DNA of 64,000 nt from Occultella glacieicola (GCF_004353825.1 NZ_SMNA01000005.1:310001-374000); one strand, 5' to 3'. Shown: positions 9,432 to 19,496, counted from the stretch's first letter. The notes: generated by a model from the sequence alone, not told the origin. Program-made: numbers and translations.

Positions 9432-12152
9432 GTGACGCTCCTCGGCAGGGCGGCCGAGCAGGAGACGGTGTCCCGCCTCCTGGCCTCGGCGCGCCTGGGC
9501 AGCGGAGGGGTGCTGACGATCATCGGCGAACCGGGCGTCGGCAAGACGTCGCTGCTCACCGGAGCGCTCGAGAGCCTGCCGCCAGGTGGCGTGCGCGTGC
9601 TTCGGGCGACGCCCGCGGAGTCCGAGGGGAATCTGCCGTTCGCTGCGCTGCACGCCCTGGTGCTGCCCGCGCTACCGCTTCTCGATGATATTCCGGCCCC
9701 GCAGGCACTGGCCCTCGGCACCGCGCTGAGCCTGCGGCACGGCGGCGAACCGGACCGGTTCGCGATCGGTGCCGCGACGCTGAGCCTGCTGAGCCGGTAT
9801 GCCGAGGATGGGCCGGTGGTTGTGGTGCTCGACGACGTGCAGTGGGCGGACCAACCCTCCGTCGACGCCTTCGCGTTCGCGGCGCGCCGGGTACACAACG
9901 ACCCGATCGCGATCCTGATCGCGGGGCGCAGCGCCGAACTGCCGGAACCGGTGCGGGGTATGCCCACGATCGAGCTCGGCGGCCTGTCCCCCGAGGCCGC
10001 GGAGAATCTGCTGGCCGAGGCGTTCGGCTCATCGGACTGCCGGCGCGACGTCGACGGGCTGTACCGTTCAACCGGCGGGAACCCCCTGGCCCTACTCGAG
10101 TTGGCCGGCGAGCCGGACCCGGGCGACGCCGCCGGCGCTGGCCTGCCGCGGACCCTGCCCGACCGACTGCAGCGCACCTTCGCCCGGCGGCTGGAGGCAC
10201 TCACCCCGGACGAGCGCACCGTCGCGATGGTGGCCGCGATGGCCGGCGACGACCTTCGGCTCACCCGCGCCGCCTGTGGCCGTCTCGGCGTGGACCCCGC
10301 CGGCCTGGACGGTGCGTCCGGAGCCGGCCTGATCGCCGTCGACGGCGCTCACGTGACCTTCCGGCACCCGCTCCTGCGGGCGGCCGCCTACGGCTCGGTG
10401 ACGCCCGACCTGCGGCGGCGGGCGCATCTCGCCCTGGCCGCGGAACTCGTCGGTGTGGACGCCGACCGCCACGCCTGGCACCTCGCGGCGGCCACGACCC
10501 ACCTCGACGAGCCGGTCGCCGCACTCCTCGCGGACCTCGGCGGCCGAGCCAGCGCGCGCACCGCGTTCACGGTCGCCGCGACGGCCTACGAACGGGCGGC
10601 GCGGCTGAGCCCGGACCCCGGCGACAGCCACGACCGGATGATCGCCGCCGCCCGCGCGGCCTGGGCCGGGGGCCAACGCGATCGGGCCCTGGCCCTGCTC
10701 GACGAGGTGGAGCCACCGAGCGGACCTGCGACCGCGCCCGGATCCGAGCTACGGGCCACTATCGCCGTGCGCTCCGGCTCGGCCCGCGAGGGCCTCGGTC
10801 TTCTCGAGCGCGCGGCCGAGCTCGCCGATCCCGACCAGCGGGTGCTGATCCTGGCGCAGGCGTGGCATGCCTGCATGTACCTCACCGACACCACCGCCAT
10901 GCGGCGGATCGACGCGCGGCTCGCCGCCGCCCTGCCGTTCGCGACGGACCCCGTGGCCGGCGCCGTCGGGCTGGCCGCGTCCGGAACCGCCGGAGTACTG
11001 CTCGGCCGGGACAGCAGGGCAGTGCTCTCCGACGCCGTGTCGCAGCTGGCCGACCACGTCGACCCGCTCGCGCATCCGGCCGCGCTTCCGTGGCTGCTGC
11101 TCGCGCCGCTGTTCCTGCGTGATGCCGACGCCGGAAGCGAGCTGCGCACCCTCGTGGACCGGGTGCGGGAGCGGGTCGGTGTGGGGGCGCTGCCGAACCT
11201 GCTCTTCCACGTGGCCCGCGACCAGGCGACCACGAACGCCTGGGACCGGGCGGCGGCCAACTACGACGAGGCGGCCCGGCTGGCCCGGGAGACCGGTCAG
11301 GGCGGCGAGCTGGCGATGTCGCTTGCGGGGCTGGCCTGCCTCGAGGCCCGCTCCGGTCGGGCCGCACAGTGCCGGGAGCACGCCGCGGACGCGCTGGCCC
11401 GCTGCCGGGAGCGATCGATCCGCTTCGGTGAGATCTGGTGCGAACTCGCCGTGGGCGAGCTGGCCCTGTCCGAGGGCAGGCCGGTCGAGGCCGCGCAACG
11501 GCTCGGTGGGGTCGCTGCCCGGCTCGATCAGGACCAGGTCGGCGACCCCGATCTGCATCCCGGGCCGGACCTGGTCGATGCCCTGCTGCGGACCGGCGCC
11601 GCCGACGCCGCGGCCGAGGTGACCGCGCGATTCACGGCCGCAGCGGCCGCGAGCGGGCGACCATGGACCCTCGCGCGGGCCGACCGGGCGCTCGGCCTGA
11701 TCGCGACCGACGAGGACTTCGAGACGCACTTCGCCTCCGCGCTGGCGCACCACCGGCACACCCGGGACGAGTTCGAGACGGCGCGGACCCAGCTGGCACT
11801 GGGGATGCGGCTGCGTCGGGCCGGGCGACGGGTCGACGCCCGCACCTCCCTGCGCGCCGCGCTGACGTCGTTCGACGAGCTGGGGGCGCGGCTCTGGGCG
11901 GCGAACGCCCGGACCGAGCTGGAGGCCACCGGCGAGCACGTGCGGCCGCGCGAAGCCGCGGGCCCCGGCGCCCTCACGCCGCAGGAACTTCAGGTGTGCC
12001 TCCTGCTCGCTGAGGGCCGGACCACCCGGGAGGCCGCGGCGGCCCTGTTCCTGAGCCCGAAGACGATCGAGTACCACCTGCGCAAGGCCTACACGAAGCT
12101 CGCGATCCACTCCCGGGACGAACTCGCCGTCGTCCTGAGCGACGTGGGCTGA
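9432..12152 (+). CDS. Large ATP-binding LuxR-family (LAL/STAND) transcriptional regulator
   Basis: GEPGVGKTSLL, VVLDDVQWAD, TGGNPLALLEL, FRHPLLR, C-terminal LTPQELQV...LFLSPKTIEYHLRKAYTKL. Confidence 0.93.
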   Translation: MTLLGRAAEQETVSRLLASARLGSGGVLTIIGEPGVGKTSLLTGALESLPPGGVRVLRATPAESEGNLPFAALHALVLPALPLLDDIPAPQALALGTALSLRHGGEPDRFAIGAATLSLLSRYAEDGPVVVVLDDVQWADQPSVDAFAFAARRVHNDPIAILIAGRSAELPEPVRGMPTIELGGLSPEAAENLLAEAFGSSDCRRDVDGLYRSTGGNPLALLELAGEPDPGDAAGAGLPRTLPDRLQRTFARRLEALTPDERTVAMVAAMAGDDLRLTRAACGRLGVDPAGLDGASGAGLIAVDGAHVTFRHPLLRAAAYGSVTPDLRRRAHLALAAELVGVDADRHAWHLAAATTHLDEPVAALLADLGGRASARTAFTVAATAYERAARLSPDPGDSHDRMIAAARAAWAGGQRDRALALLDEVEPPSGPATAPGSELRATIAVRSGSAREGLGLLERAAELADPDQRVLILAQAWHACMYLTDTTAMRRIDARLAAALPFATDPVAGAVGLAASGTAGVLLGRDSRAVLSDAVSQLADHVDPLAHPAALPWLLLAPLFLRDADAGSELRTLVDRVRERVGVGALPNLLFHVARDQATTNAWDRAAANYDEAARLARETGQGGELAMSLAGLACLEARSGRAAQCREHAADALARCRERSIRFGEIWCELAVGELALSEGRPVEAAQRLGGVAARLDQDQVGDPDLHPGPDLVDALLRTGAADAAAEVTARFTAAAAASGRPWTLARADRALGLIATDEDFETHFASALAHHRHTRDEFETARTQLALGMRLRRAGRRVDARTSLRAALTSFDELGARLWAANARTELEATGEHVRPREAAGPGALTPQELQVCLLLAEGRTTREAAAALFLSPKTIEYHLRKAYTKLAIHSRDELAVVLSDVG

Positions 12153-12169
12153 GACCCACCCCGATCCGC

Positions 12170-12230
12170 GCCGACGTCCACCCTCAATCGTTCCATCCGG
12201 AAAGTGAAACGTTGGAAGTTGGACGTCGGC
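12170..12230. repeat. Long imperfect inverted repeat between convergent genes
   Basis: GCCGACGTCCA...TGGACGTCGGC with partly pairing AT-richer inner arms. Confidence 0.6.
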
Positions 12231-12275
12231 AGCCGAGAGTGCGTGGCGGCGTCCCCGGCGTGGTGGAGGAGTGCC

Positions 12276-12692
12276 TCAGTCGGTGAGGTGGATGAGGCCG
12301 GCGGGGGTGGCCCGGAATCCGCACGCGTCCAGGTAGAACCGCGCCAGCGGCGGCTCGAAGTCCACGAAGAGCCACTCGCATCCGGCCGCGCGCGCTTGCG
12401 TGACCGCGTGGGCGACGACGGCGGTGCCGACGCCGCGTCCCTGGTGGCTCGGCCGCGTCTTCGTGTCGATCAGGAAGGCGTGATCGCCGCCGTCCCAGGC
12501 GACGTTGACGAACCCGACGAGCCGGCCATCCTCCGTTCGGGCGCTCACCCATCCGAGTGAGTGCGGACGCACCCGGTCCCACCAGCCGACCTCGGGCGTG
12601 CCGCCGTGGGACGTGGTGAGTTCGACGAGCTCGTCGTCGGACACCGGCGCCCGCCACTCGATCTGGACGTCTGTGCTCGATCCGCTCGGCAT
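12276..12692 (-). CDS. GNAT family N-acetyltransferase
   Basis: LVGFVNVAWDGGDHAF, HQGRGVG, FYLDACGF. Confidence 0.88.
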   Translation of the reverse strand: MPSGSSTDVQIEWRAPVSDDELVELTTSHGGTPEVGWWDRVRPHSLGWVSARTEDGRLVGFVNVAWDGGDHAFLIDTKTRPSHQGRGVGTAVVAHAVTQARAAGCEWLFVDFEPPLARFYLDACGFRATPAGLIHLTD

Positions 12693-12737
12693 CCCTTCAC
12701 GATGCGGCACCGGTCCACCCGGGCGCAAGCCGCGTCG

Positions 12738-13952
12738 CTACCGCGCGTCCGGCAGGTGGGCCACCAGTACCGGGCCGGAGGACCGGACCCGGAGCGGGCC
12801 GTCGGCGTCGGAGACGAACGCGCTCTGGCCCGCCGAGAGCGTCAGGCCACCGGTGTCGGACGTCAGCGAGACCGTCGAGCGGCCGCCCGCACCCGCGCCG
12901 ACCTCGGGAGCCCACTCGTGCAGGCAGACCACCAACCGCGGCCCGGCCGCCGGCCCGGGCACCTGGCCGCGCGCGCCGGGCGAGCGCCACAACCCCAGAT
13001 CACCCGCGGGCGACGTGAAGAGGGAAGCGCCGCCGTCGGGCTCGGCCTCCAACCGCGGCGGCTCGCCGACGTGCAGGTCCGCGATCCGGAGCACCTGGCG
13101 CAGGTCCACGTGCTCCAGGCTCAGGCCCGCCCGCACGAGGTTGTCGGAGGCACCCGTGAGCTCCAGACCCATCCCGCTGAGGTAGCCGTGGATCATCCCG
13201 GGGGGCAGATACCTGACCTCGCCGGGCTCCATCCGGACCCGGTTCAGGAACAGGGCCAGGACCACGCCCACGTCGCCCGGGTGATGCGTCGCGAGCAGCG
13301 ACACCAGGGCCGCGTCGGGGTGCTCCGGTTGTGCCGCCGCCGCGCGCGCAAGGCCGTCGGCGATCTGGCGCTGCTTCGCCGCGCTTGAGGCGAGCAGCGT
13401 GGTGAGGGCGTAGAGCAGCTCGTCACCGGGGCCGGCCTGCGCCAGGGCCGAGATGATCGGGTCGAGCACGGACAGATCCCACCCGTCCAGCGAGGCCCGG
13501 GTCGCCGCCACCGGCCGGAACCCGCCGAGCAGCCGCACCGGTGCGAACGCGTGGATCAGGCCGGGGCGGGCCGAGGCGTCGGGGTAGAGCCGCTGCGCGG
13601 CGTAGGTGTCGACGCCGGCGGCCTCCTCCCGGGCGTGCCCGGTCCGGGCCTGGCCGGCGTCCGGGCACACCTGCAGCGGCAGCGGAGCCCGGGTGGCGAG
13701 CAGCCGGGCCCCGAAGGGCAGCCGGTGGCCCCCGGTGGCCGCATCCCCGAGCGTCGCCGCCGGGTGTGCCGCTACGTACCGGTCCAGACGCACCGCGTGG
13801 CCGCCGTCGATCAGTTGCGACGACGCCTCACCGAGCGCCCCGATTCGTACCTCCGCGAGCGGGTGGCCGTCCGTGGGCACGCCGAGGAGGCGCTGGAGCA
13901 GGTCCTCGGAACCCCAGCGGTAGCGCAGCAGTGGGTTGGTGAGCAGGTGCAC
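12738..13952 (-). CDS. Class I mannose-6-phosphate isomerase homologue with degenerate metal site
   Basis: YRWGS, LPFGARLLA, HPGDVGV, HGYLSGMGLEL, SDNLVRAGL; usual QAHP and KPE motifs read QVCP and RPG. Confidence 0.75.
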   Translation of the reverse strand: MHLLTNPLLRYRWGSEDLLQRLLGVPTDGHPLAEVRIGALGEASSQLIDGGHAVRLDRYVAAHPAATLGDAATGGHRLPFGARLLATRAPLPLQVCPDAGQARTGHAREEAAGVDTYAAQRLYPDASARPGLIHAFAPVRLLGGFRPVAATRASLDGWDLSVLDPIISALAQAGPGDELLYALTTLLASSAAKQRQIADGLARAAAAQPEHPDAALVSLLATHHPGDVGVVLALFLNRVRMEPGEVRYLPPGMIHGYLSGMGLELTGASDNLVRAGLSLEHVDLRQVLRIADLHVGEPPRLEAEPDGGASLFTSPAGDLGLWRSPGARGQVPGPAAGPRLVVCLHEWAPEVGAGAGGRSTVSLTSDTGGLTLSAGQSAFVSDADGPLRVRSSGPVLVAHLPDAR

Positions 13953-13961
13953 GGTGGCGCG

Positions 13962-14891
13962 TCAGCGGGCGGGGCTCGGGACGTGCGCGTCCGGGATGTA
14001 CATGCCGGCCGCCGCGAGCCGCTCGGCGGTGCGGGCGGCGTCGGCCTGTTCGCCGACGGTGGCGCCGCCGCCCATCGGGACCACCGAGTGCAGGATCGTG
14101 TCCGCGTAGACGTGCACCAGGTTGAAGGCCTGCGCGCCGTCGCGGCCGCGGGTGCCCCGGTCCGGGGTCTGCAGGTCCTGGGTGTAGCAGGTGGCCGACG
14201 CCACCGACACCGGGATGCCGGCGAAGGTGGACGAGGACGAGTAGTGGTGGTGACCGGCCAGGATCGCGCGCACGTCGGTGCCGGTGAGCACGTCGGCGAG
14301 CGCCCGCTGGTCACGCAGCTCGAACGTGACCAGCAGGTCCATGACGCAGGGCGCCGGCGGGTGGTGCAGCGCGAGGATGGTGCCCTCGGGCGCGGGGTCG
14401 GCGAGCACCCCGGCCAGCCAGTCCAGCTGCTCGGGCGTGATCTCGCCGTGGTGCCGGCCGGGCACCGTGGAGTCGAGGACCACGAGGCGCAACCCGCCGA
14501 GCATGACCACCCGGTCGTAGGGCTCCATGAGGCCGGGGCTGCCGGCCGGTGTGTCCAGGAGGGTGCGCCGCAGGGTGGCGCGGTCGTCGTGATTGCCCAT
14601 CACCCAGATCAGCTCGGCGCCGAGCCGCTGCGCGAGCGGCTCCACGATCCCGCGCAGGTTCCGGTACGCCTCCTCCTCGCCCCGGTCCGCCAGGTCCCCG
14701 GTGAAGATCAGGGCCTCCGGGCTCAGGTTCGTCGACTCGAGGTCCGCGAGCAGTGCCTCGAGGTGCTCACGCACGGGCGCGACACCGTGCAGCAGTTGTC
14801 CATCGGGCAGGAAATGGGTGTCGGACAGGTGCACCAGCACATGGTCGGCGTGCGGGTACTCGGCGGCGCGCAGCGGCGATGAGGAGGTCAC
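13962..14891 (-). CDS. Icc/CpdA-type metallophosphoesterase (cyclic nucleotide phosphodiesterase)
   Basis: HLSDTH, TGDLAD, MGNHDD, LHHPP, AGHHH. Confidence 0.88.
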   Translation of the reverse strand: MTSSSPLRAAEYPHADHVLVHLSDTHFLPDGQLLHGVAPVREHLEALLADLESTNLSPEALIFTGDLADRGEEEAYRNLRGIVEPLAQRLGAELIWVMGNHDDRATLRRTLLDTPAGSPGLMEPYDRVVMLGGLRLVVLDSTVPGRHHGEITPEQLDWLAGVLADPAPEGTILALHHPPAPCVMDLLVTFELRDQRALADVLTGTDVRAILAGHHHYSSSSTFAGIPVSVASATCYTQDLQTPDRGTRGRDGAQAFNLVHVYADTILHSVVPMGGGATVGEQADAARTAERLAAAGMYIPDAHVPSPAR

Positions 14892-14990
14892 GGCCCGAGT
14901 ATGGAGTACCCGCCGAACCGCAAGTTGAACGACACGTGAACAGCCTCGGCGGACGACGTCCAGGCGGTCCCGGCCGGCCTCGAGCGGGCC

Positions 14991-15845
14991 TCAGGCCGAC
15001 GCGCCGAGGACGACCGCCGCGGCCTGCTCCCACCGCTCGCGCCAGTCCCCGATCGGTTCGACGCCGATCGCGCCGAACCCGTCGTGACCGAGCACCGACC
15101 AGGCGGGGCGTGGCGCCGGCCGCGCGAACGACCCCGAGTCCGTCGGGGTCACCATCGCCGGGTCGTGCCCGGCACTGCCCACGACGGCGCGGGCGAAGTC
15201 GAACCAGGACGCCCGCCCCGAGGAGGTGGCGTGGTAGGTGCCGGTGGGGGCGTCCGCGGCGATCAGCGCGACGATCAGCTGCGCGACGTCCACGGTCCAG
15301 GTCGGCTGCCCGATCTGGTCATCGACCACGCTGAGCGAGTCCCGATCCCCGGCGAGCCGCGCCATGGTCGCGGCGAAGTTGGGCCCGTGGGCGCCGTACA
15401 GCCACGCGGTGCGCAGGATCCAGTGCTCCGGTGCCTCGGCCCGCACCGCCCACTCGCCCGCGGCCTTGGTGCGCCCGTACGCCGACCGGGGGGCCATCGG
15501 GGCGTCCTCGGCGTACGGCGTGGTGGCATCCCCGGCGAACACGTAGTCGGTGGAGATCTGCACCAGCCGGGCACCGGCCCCGGCGCACGCCCGGGCCAGG
15601 TGCGCGGCGCCGACGGCGTTCACCGTGAACGCCTGCGCCTCGGCGCTCTCGGCGTCGTCCACGGCCGTCCAGGCGCCGCAGTTGACGACCAGGGCGGACC
15701 CACCGAGGGCTTCCGGCGGGACCGGGCCGGCCGCGATGTCCAGGTCGGCGCGCGAGCGTGCCAGCACGTCGTGTCCGGCCGCGCGCAGGCTCGCCACGAC
15801 GTCCGTACCGAGCATGCCGCCGGCTCCGGTGACCAGGATCCGCAC
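14991..15845 (-). CDS. rfbD: dTDP-4-dehydrorhamnose reductase
   Basis: RILVTGAGGMLG, WTAVDDAE, ISTDYVFAG, YGRTK, RTAWLYG, DDQIGQPT. Confidence 0.92.
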   Translation of the reverse strand: MRILVTGAGGMLGTDVVASLRAAGHDVLARSRADLDIAAGPVPPEALGGSALVVNCGAWTAVDDAESAEAQAFTVNAVGAAHLARACAGAGARLVQISTDYVFAGDATTPYAEDAPMAPRSAYGRTKAAGEWAVRAEAPEHWILRTAWLYGAHGPNFAATMARLAGDRDSLSVVDDQIGQPTWTVDVAQLIVALIAADAPTGTYHATSSGRASWFDFARAVVGSAGHDPAMVTPTDSGSFARPAPRPAWSVLGHDGFGAIGVEPIGDWRERWEQAAAVVLGASA

Positions 15846-15898
15846 GTGTTCTCCCTCTCGTCGGTGGCCGGTCGACGCGACCCCGGCAACGTTCGTGG

Positions 15899-16555
15899 TC
15901 AGCCGGAGCTGCTCTCGGACCCGGTGGGCCCGGTAGCGGCGAGCAGCGCGCGCAGCTCGTCCAGTTCCTCGGGCTGGGAGGAGGTGATCTCCTCGGCGAT
16001 GGCCGCGACCTCCGGGCTGGACCCGGTGGTCAGCACCTGCTCGGCGAGGTCCAGGGTCGCCTCGTGGTGGCCGACCATCCCGGTCAGGTAGACGACGGTC
16101 GCGTCGGAGCCGCTGCCGGTGAACAGGTTCTGCAACTCCTCGGGGGTGAGCATCCCGGTGCGGATGCCGGCGGTCGCCGGATCGACAGGCTCCTCCCCCC
16201 AGGTGACCAGCAGCGCCTCGAGGTCCCCGCTCTCGCGGCCCTGCACGTTCGCGAGGGTCCCGGCCAGCGTGAGGACGTCGTCGGGCACCCCGGCCTTGCT
16301 GAGGATGGCCTGGTGCATCTGCGAGCTCTGCGCGTGGTAGACCCGGATCGCGTTCGCGAAGTCGATGTCCGCCTCGTTCCCCGGTTCCGGCGTGGCTGTG
16401 GTCGCCTCGGGGCTGGGGCTCGTCGAGGCCTGCGCCGTGGCGGTCTCGGTCGCCGAGGGTGAGGTCTGCGGCGACGGGTCCGTGCACCCGGCCAACAGCC
16501 CGGTCAGCAGTCCGAGCGCGAGCACGGCGGCGGACTGGACAAGGCGGCGCGGCAT
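15899..16555 (-). CDS. DUF305-family lipoprotein
   Basis: Lipobox LAGC, Ser/Thr/Pro linker, NEADIDFA, YLTGMVGHHEA, IAEEITSSQ. Confidence 0.8.
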   Translation of the reverse strand: MPRRLVQSAAVLALGLLTGLLAGCTDPSPQTSPSATETATAQASTSPSPEATTATPEPGNEADIDFANAIRVYHAQSSQMHQAILSKAGVPDDVLTLAGTLANVQGRESGDLEALLVTWGEEPVDPATAGIRTGMLTPEELQNLFTGSGSDATVVYLTGMVGHHEATLDLAEQVLTTGSSPEVAAIAEEITSSQPEELDELRALLAATGPTGSESSSG

Positions 16556-16628
16556 GGGGAGATCCTTCGTGACGTCCCGCGCGGGCTGCGGCGGGCAGGC
16601 CCACCCTAGTCGCCCGGTCGGGCCGGTC

Positions 16629-17048
16629 TCAGTCGACGAGCCGGGAGGAGTCGAGCGAATCGGTGATCGTGGACGAGATCCGGGCGAAGAGCGTCTCGGG
16701 CCCCTGGAGCAGGCCCCGGTACTGCTCGGGCAGGTCCTCGGGGGCGAACACCGCCACCTCGGGTCGGCGGGTGACCCGGCCGCGCCTGTTCACGGCCATG
16801 CCGACGGCCGTGACCTCGTAGCGCCACCGGGGCTCGGCCAGCGGCAGCCCGGCGTCGTCGGTGACAAGCAGCGTGATCGCCTCGATGAGTTCGTCGACGA
16901 GGAGCTCGTTGCCCCACCGTGGGTGGGTGAGCCGGTCCCGGAGCTGCTCGGTGAGCGGGTGGACGATCGTCGCCGAGGCTCGCACGGTGGCCAGATCCCC
17001 ATCGATCGGACCCGTCCCATCCCCTCGCGTCGCTGCGGCGCTCATCAC
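16629..17048 (-). CDS. Hypothetical protein
   Basis: 139-aa ORF with protein-like composition, AAGGA-like RBS, co-oriented with neighbours. Confidence 0.55.
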   Translation of the reverse strand: MMSAAATRGDGTGPIDGDLATVRASATIVHPLTEQLRDRLTHPRWGNELLVDELIEAITLLVTDDAGLPLAEPRWRYEVTAVGMAVNRRGRVTRRPEVAVFAPEDLPEQYRGLLQGPETLFARISSTITDSLDSSRLVD

Positions 17049-17189
17049 TCGTCCTTCGTCTCGGTCAGGTCCGGCCCTGCCCCTGGTCGTCCCCCTGACC
17101 TCACGATACTTGCCCGCGACACCGCGCGCGCAACCCGGGCTCCCGCCGTGTGGGTGATGCCCGGGTGATTGGCCGCCGGGGACCCTCGC

Positions 17190-17885
17190 TCAGCGCTCGC
17201 CGGGCTCCCGGATCGCCACCCGAACGCCCCGGGCCCGGCCGAGGACCTCGGTCAGGACCTGCAGCCGCGGGTCGCCGATGTCGTGGAAGGACCGCCGGGG
17301 CAGGTCGACCACGGCGCGCAACCGCGGCTCGGCCAGGACCTGCGCCGCCAGCGCCCGGTCCCCGCCGAGGACCAGCCCGGCCCCGGCGGGCGGCACGGGA
17401 TGCTCGGCGAGCATCCGCACGACGTGACCGACGACCGCGGTGACCAGTTCGTCGGCCTGGTTGCCCCGCCGTCGGGCGAAGCGTTGCTGCGACCAGCCGC
17501 CCGCGGCCGTACGCGACTGCACGTAGCGGGTGCCGCTCTTGTGCGCGGTCAGGTCGGCGCCGTGCGCCCGCCCGACGGCGTACCCGCCACGGCGGAGCAG
17601 GATCAGGACGAGTTCGGCCGGGCCGTGCGCCCAGTCGGGCAGGCGGTCGAGGGCACTGGGGGGCTCGCCCGGCCAGGCCGTCAGGACGGCGGTGGCGCCG
17701 TCCCCGCCGAGCAGCACCACGCCGTCGGGCGGTGGTTCCGGGACGTGCGACCCGGCCGGTGCCGCGTCGCGGCCGGCTCCCGGCCGGACGAGGCGGGCGC
17801 CGTCGTGCCGTTCGGCGAAGCCCTCCACCCAGCGGGCCACCCGCGCGGGCGCTACCTCGAGGCGGCGTTCGGGGGCGTGGGGCAC
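17190..17885 (-). CDS. acVLRF1-family (Vms1/aeRF1-like) peptidyl-tRNA hydrolase
   Basis: LLRRGGYAVG and HKSGTRYVQSRTAAGGWSQQRFARRRGNQA signature. Confidence 0.85.
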   Translation of the reverse strand: MPHAPERRLEVAPARVARWVEGFAERHDGARLVRPGAGRDAAPAGSHVPEPPPDGVVLLGGDGATAVLTAWPGEPPSALDRLPDWAHGPAELVLILLRRGGYAVGRAHGADLTAHKSGTRYVQSRTAAGGWSQQRFARRRGNQADELVTAVVGHVVRMLAEHPVPPAGAGLVLGGDRALAAQVLAEPRLRAVVDLPRRSFHDIGDPRLQVLTEVLGRARGVRVAIREPGER

Positions 17886-17920
17886 GCACCGATCATGGCA
17901 GGTGGGCCGGTCGCCGCCGG

Positions 17921-18529
17921 TCAGCGCGCCTCGTGGACCCGGGTGCGCAGCGCGGTGATCAGGCCCGAGAGCGCCGGGACCGGGTCGGTGTGCACGAGGT
18001 CGCCGTCGGTGCGGTACCGGTGCACGTGCAGCTGCCCATGCACCCGGGTGACGTCCTCGGTCCACTCGGGTTCGCGGACCAGGTCGCCGACCGCCCCCCG
18101 GTCGAGTTCGGTCCGCTCGGCGGTGGTCGCCCCGGAGGCATCCGTGGTGAGCATGACGTCACGGAGTTCGCCGGTGTGCAGCAGCCAGAGCTCGCGGACC
18201 CGGCGCCCGACCTCCGGGCCGACGCGCTCACCCCTGCCGTCGGCGACATAGCGCTCCTCCACGGGGGTCCCGAACACCCGCCACCCGTCGATCGGCTCGC
18301 GTCGCTCCATGGTGGGGACCCGAACGGACTCGCCGAGCTGGTGCCAGCCGAACTGCTCGGCCGAGTGCGCCGGCCGATACTCCTGGGCCAGCCACTCGTC
18401 CCGCGGCACCCGGGCCGCCTCCAACTCGTGGGCGACCTTGCGAGCGAAGGCGAGCACATGCGCGAACGCGGTGGCCTCGTCCGGCTCCGCCGCCTTCAGA
18501 TCGCTGGATTGTTCGACCGTCTCCGACAT
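17921..18529 (-). CDS. Hypothetical protein
   Basis: GGAGG RBS before MSETVEQ; 202-aa ORF with ordinary composition. Confidence 0.6.
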   Translation of the reverse strand: MSETVEQSSDLKAAEPDEATAFAHVLAFARKVAHELEAARVPRDEWLAQEYRPAHSAEQFGWHQLGESVRVPTMERREPIDGWRVFGTPVEERYVADGRGERVGPEVGRRVRELWLLHTGELRDVMLTTDASGATTAERTELDRGAVGDLVREPEWTEDVTRVHGQLHVHRYRTDGDLVHTDPVPALSGLITALRTRVHEAR

Positions 18530-18674
18530 GACGCCTCCTGCGCTGGTGGCTTCGATTTCGAGTCTCCCACAGGGGCGCACGCGGCGCAGGTGCATCTGCC
18601 CGACGGCGCGTCACCGGGCGCCGCGTCCGCCTGACCCGACGTGCGGGTCGGGTAGGGACCAACGGCAGGTCGCG

Positions 18675-19496
18675 TCAGGGGAGCTGGGCCCCGACGAACC
18701 CGTGGCCGTCGCCGATGGCGCCGGTGAGGAGCGGGACCGACTCGCCGGCGCCGACTTCGGCGGCGATCCGGACGTCCTCGCCGTGGCCGGCGGCGGTGAG
18801 TTCGCGCCCGCTGGCGAGGTCGGCCAGCAAACCCTCCCAGCCGGCGGCGGCCGACGCCGCGCGCGCCGCGAGATAGGCGTCCCGGGCCGCCCGCGCCTCG
18901 GGCGAGCACCCACCCGGGGTGCCGTCCGGGCGGGCCGCAGCACCGCCGTCGGGCAGGGCGGTGGCGAACGCGTCGACGACCGCACCCGCACCCCAGAGGT
19001 CCTCGACGGCGGGCCGCAGCGTGTCGTCCGGCCAGCGCTCACCGGCGGCGATCACGAGCACGTCCACGTCCCGCGCGGCGGCCCACCGGCCGACCGTCGT
19101 GGCGTTGCGCAGGCACCCGGCGACCACCCGCGCACCGGCGGACTGCAGCCGGTGGGAGATCGTGGCGCCGTTCGGCGAGGGCAGCACCACCTTGCGGACG
19201 TCGCCGGCCCGGCGCAGCGAGCCCGGCGCGAGGCTGACCTGCCCGGGCGAGGCCTCGTCCCGGCGCACCGCGAGCGCGGCCCCGTGCCGCCGGGCATGGT
19301 CGGCGGCATCGCCGCGGGCCCAGGGGTAGGGCAGCACCTCGACGCCGAGGTCCGCGGCGACCGAGACGGTGGTGCTGAAGCTGAGCACGTCCACGACCAC
19401 GGCGATCCCGCCGGGCCGGATCAGGGCGGCGCCGGCATGGCCCCACTCGAAGCGGATCCGGGCGCCGGCCTGGGTGTGCGCCGGGTCGATGCTCAC
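18675..19496 (-). CDS. 2-phosphosulfolactate phosphatase (ComB) family protein
   Basis: VVVDVLSFST, SPNGA, GCLRNA, AAGERW, RPAVEDLWGAGA; overlaps MFS stop. Confidence 0.88.
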   Translation of the reverse strand: MSIDPAHTQAGARIRFEWGHAGAALIRPGGIAVVVDVLSFSTTVSVAADLGVEVLPYPWARGDAADHARRHGAALAVRRDEASPGQVSLAPGSLRRAGDVRKVVLPSPNGATISHRLQSAGARVVAGCLRNATTVGRWAAARDVDVLVIAAGERWPDDTLRPAVEDLWGAGAVVDAFATALPDGGAAARPDGTPGGCSPEARAARDAYLAARAASAAAGWEGLLADLASGRELTAAGHGEDVRIAAEVGAGESVPLLTGAIGDGHGFVGAQLP

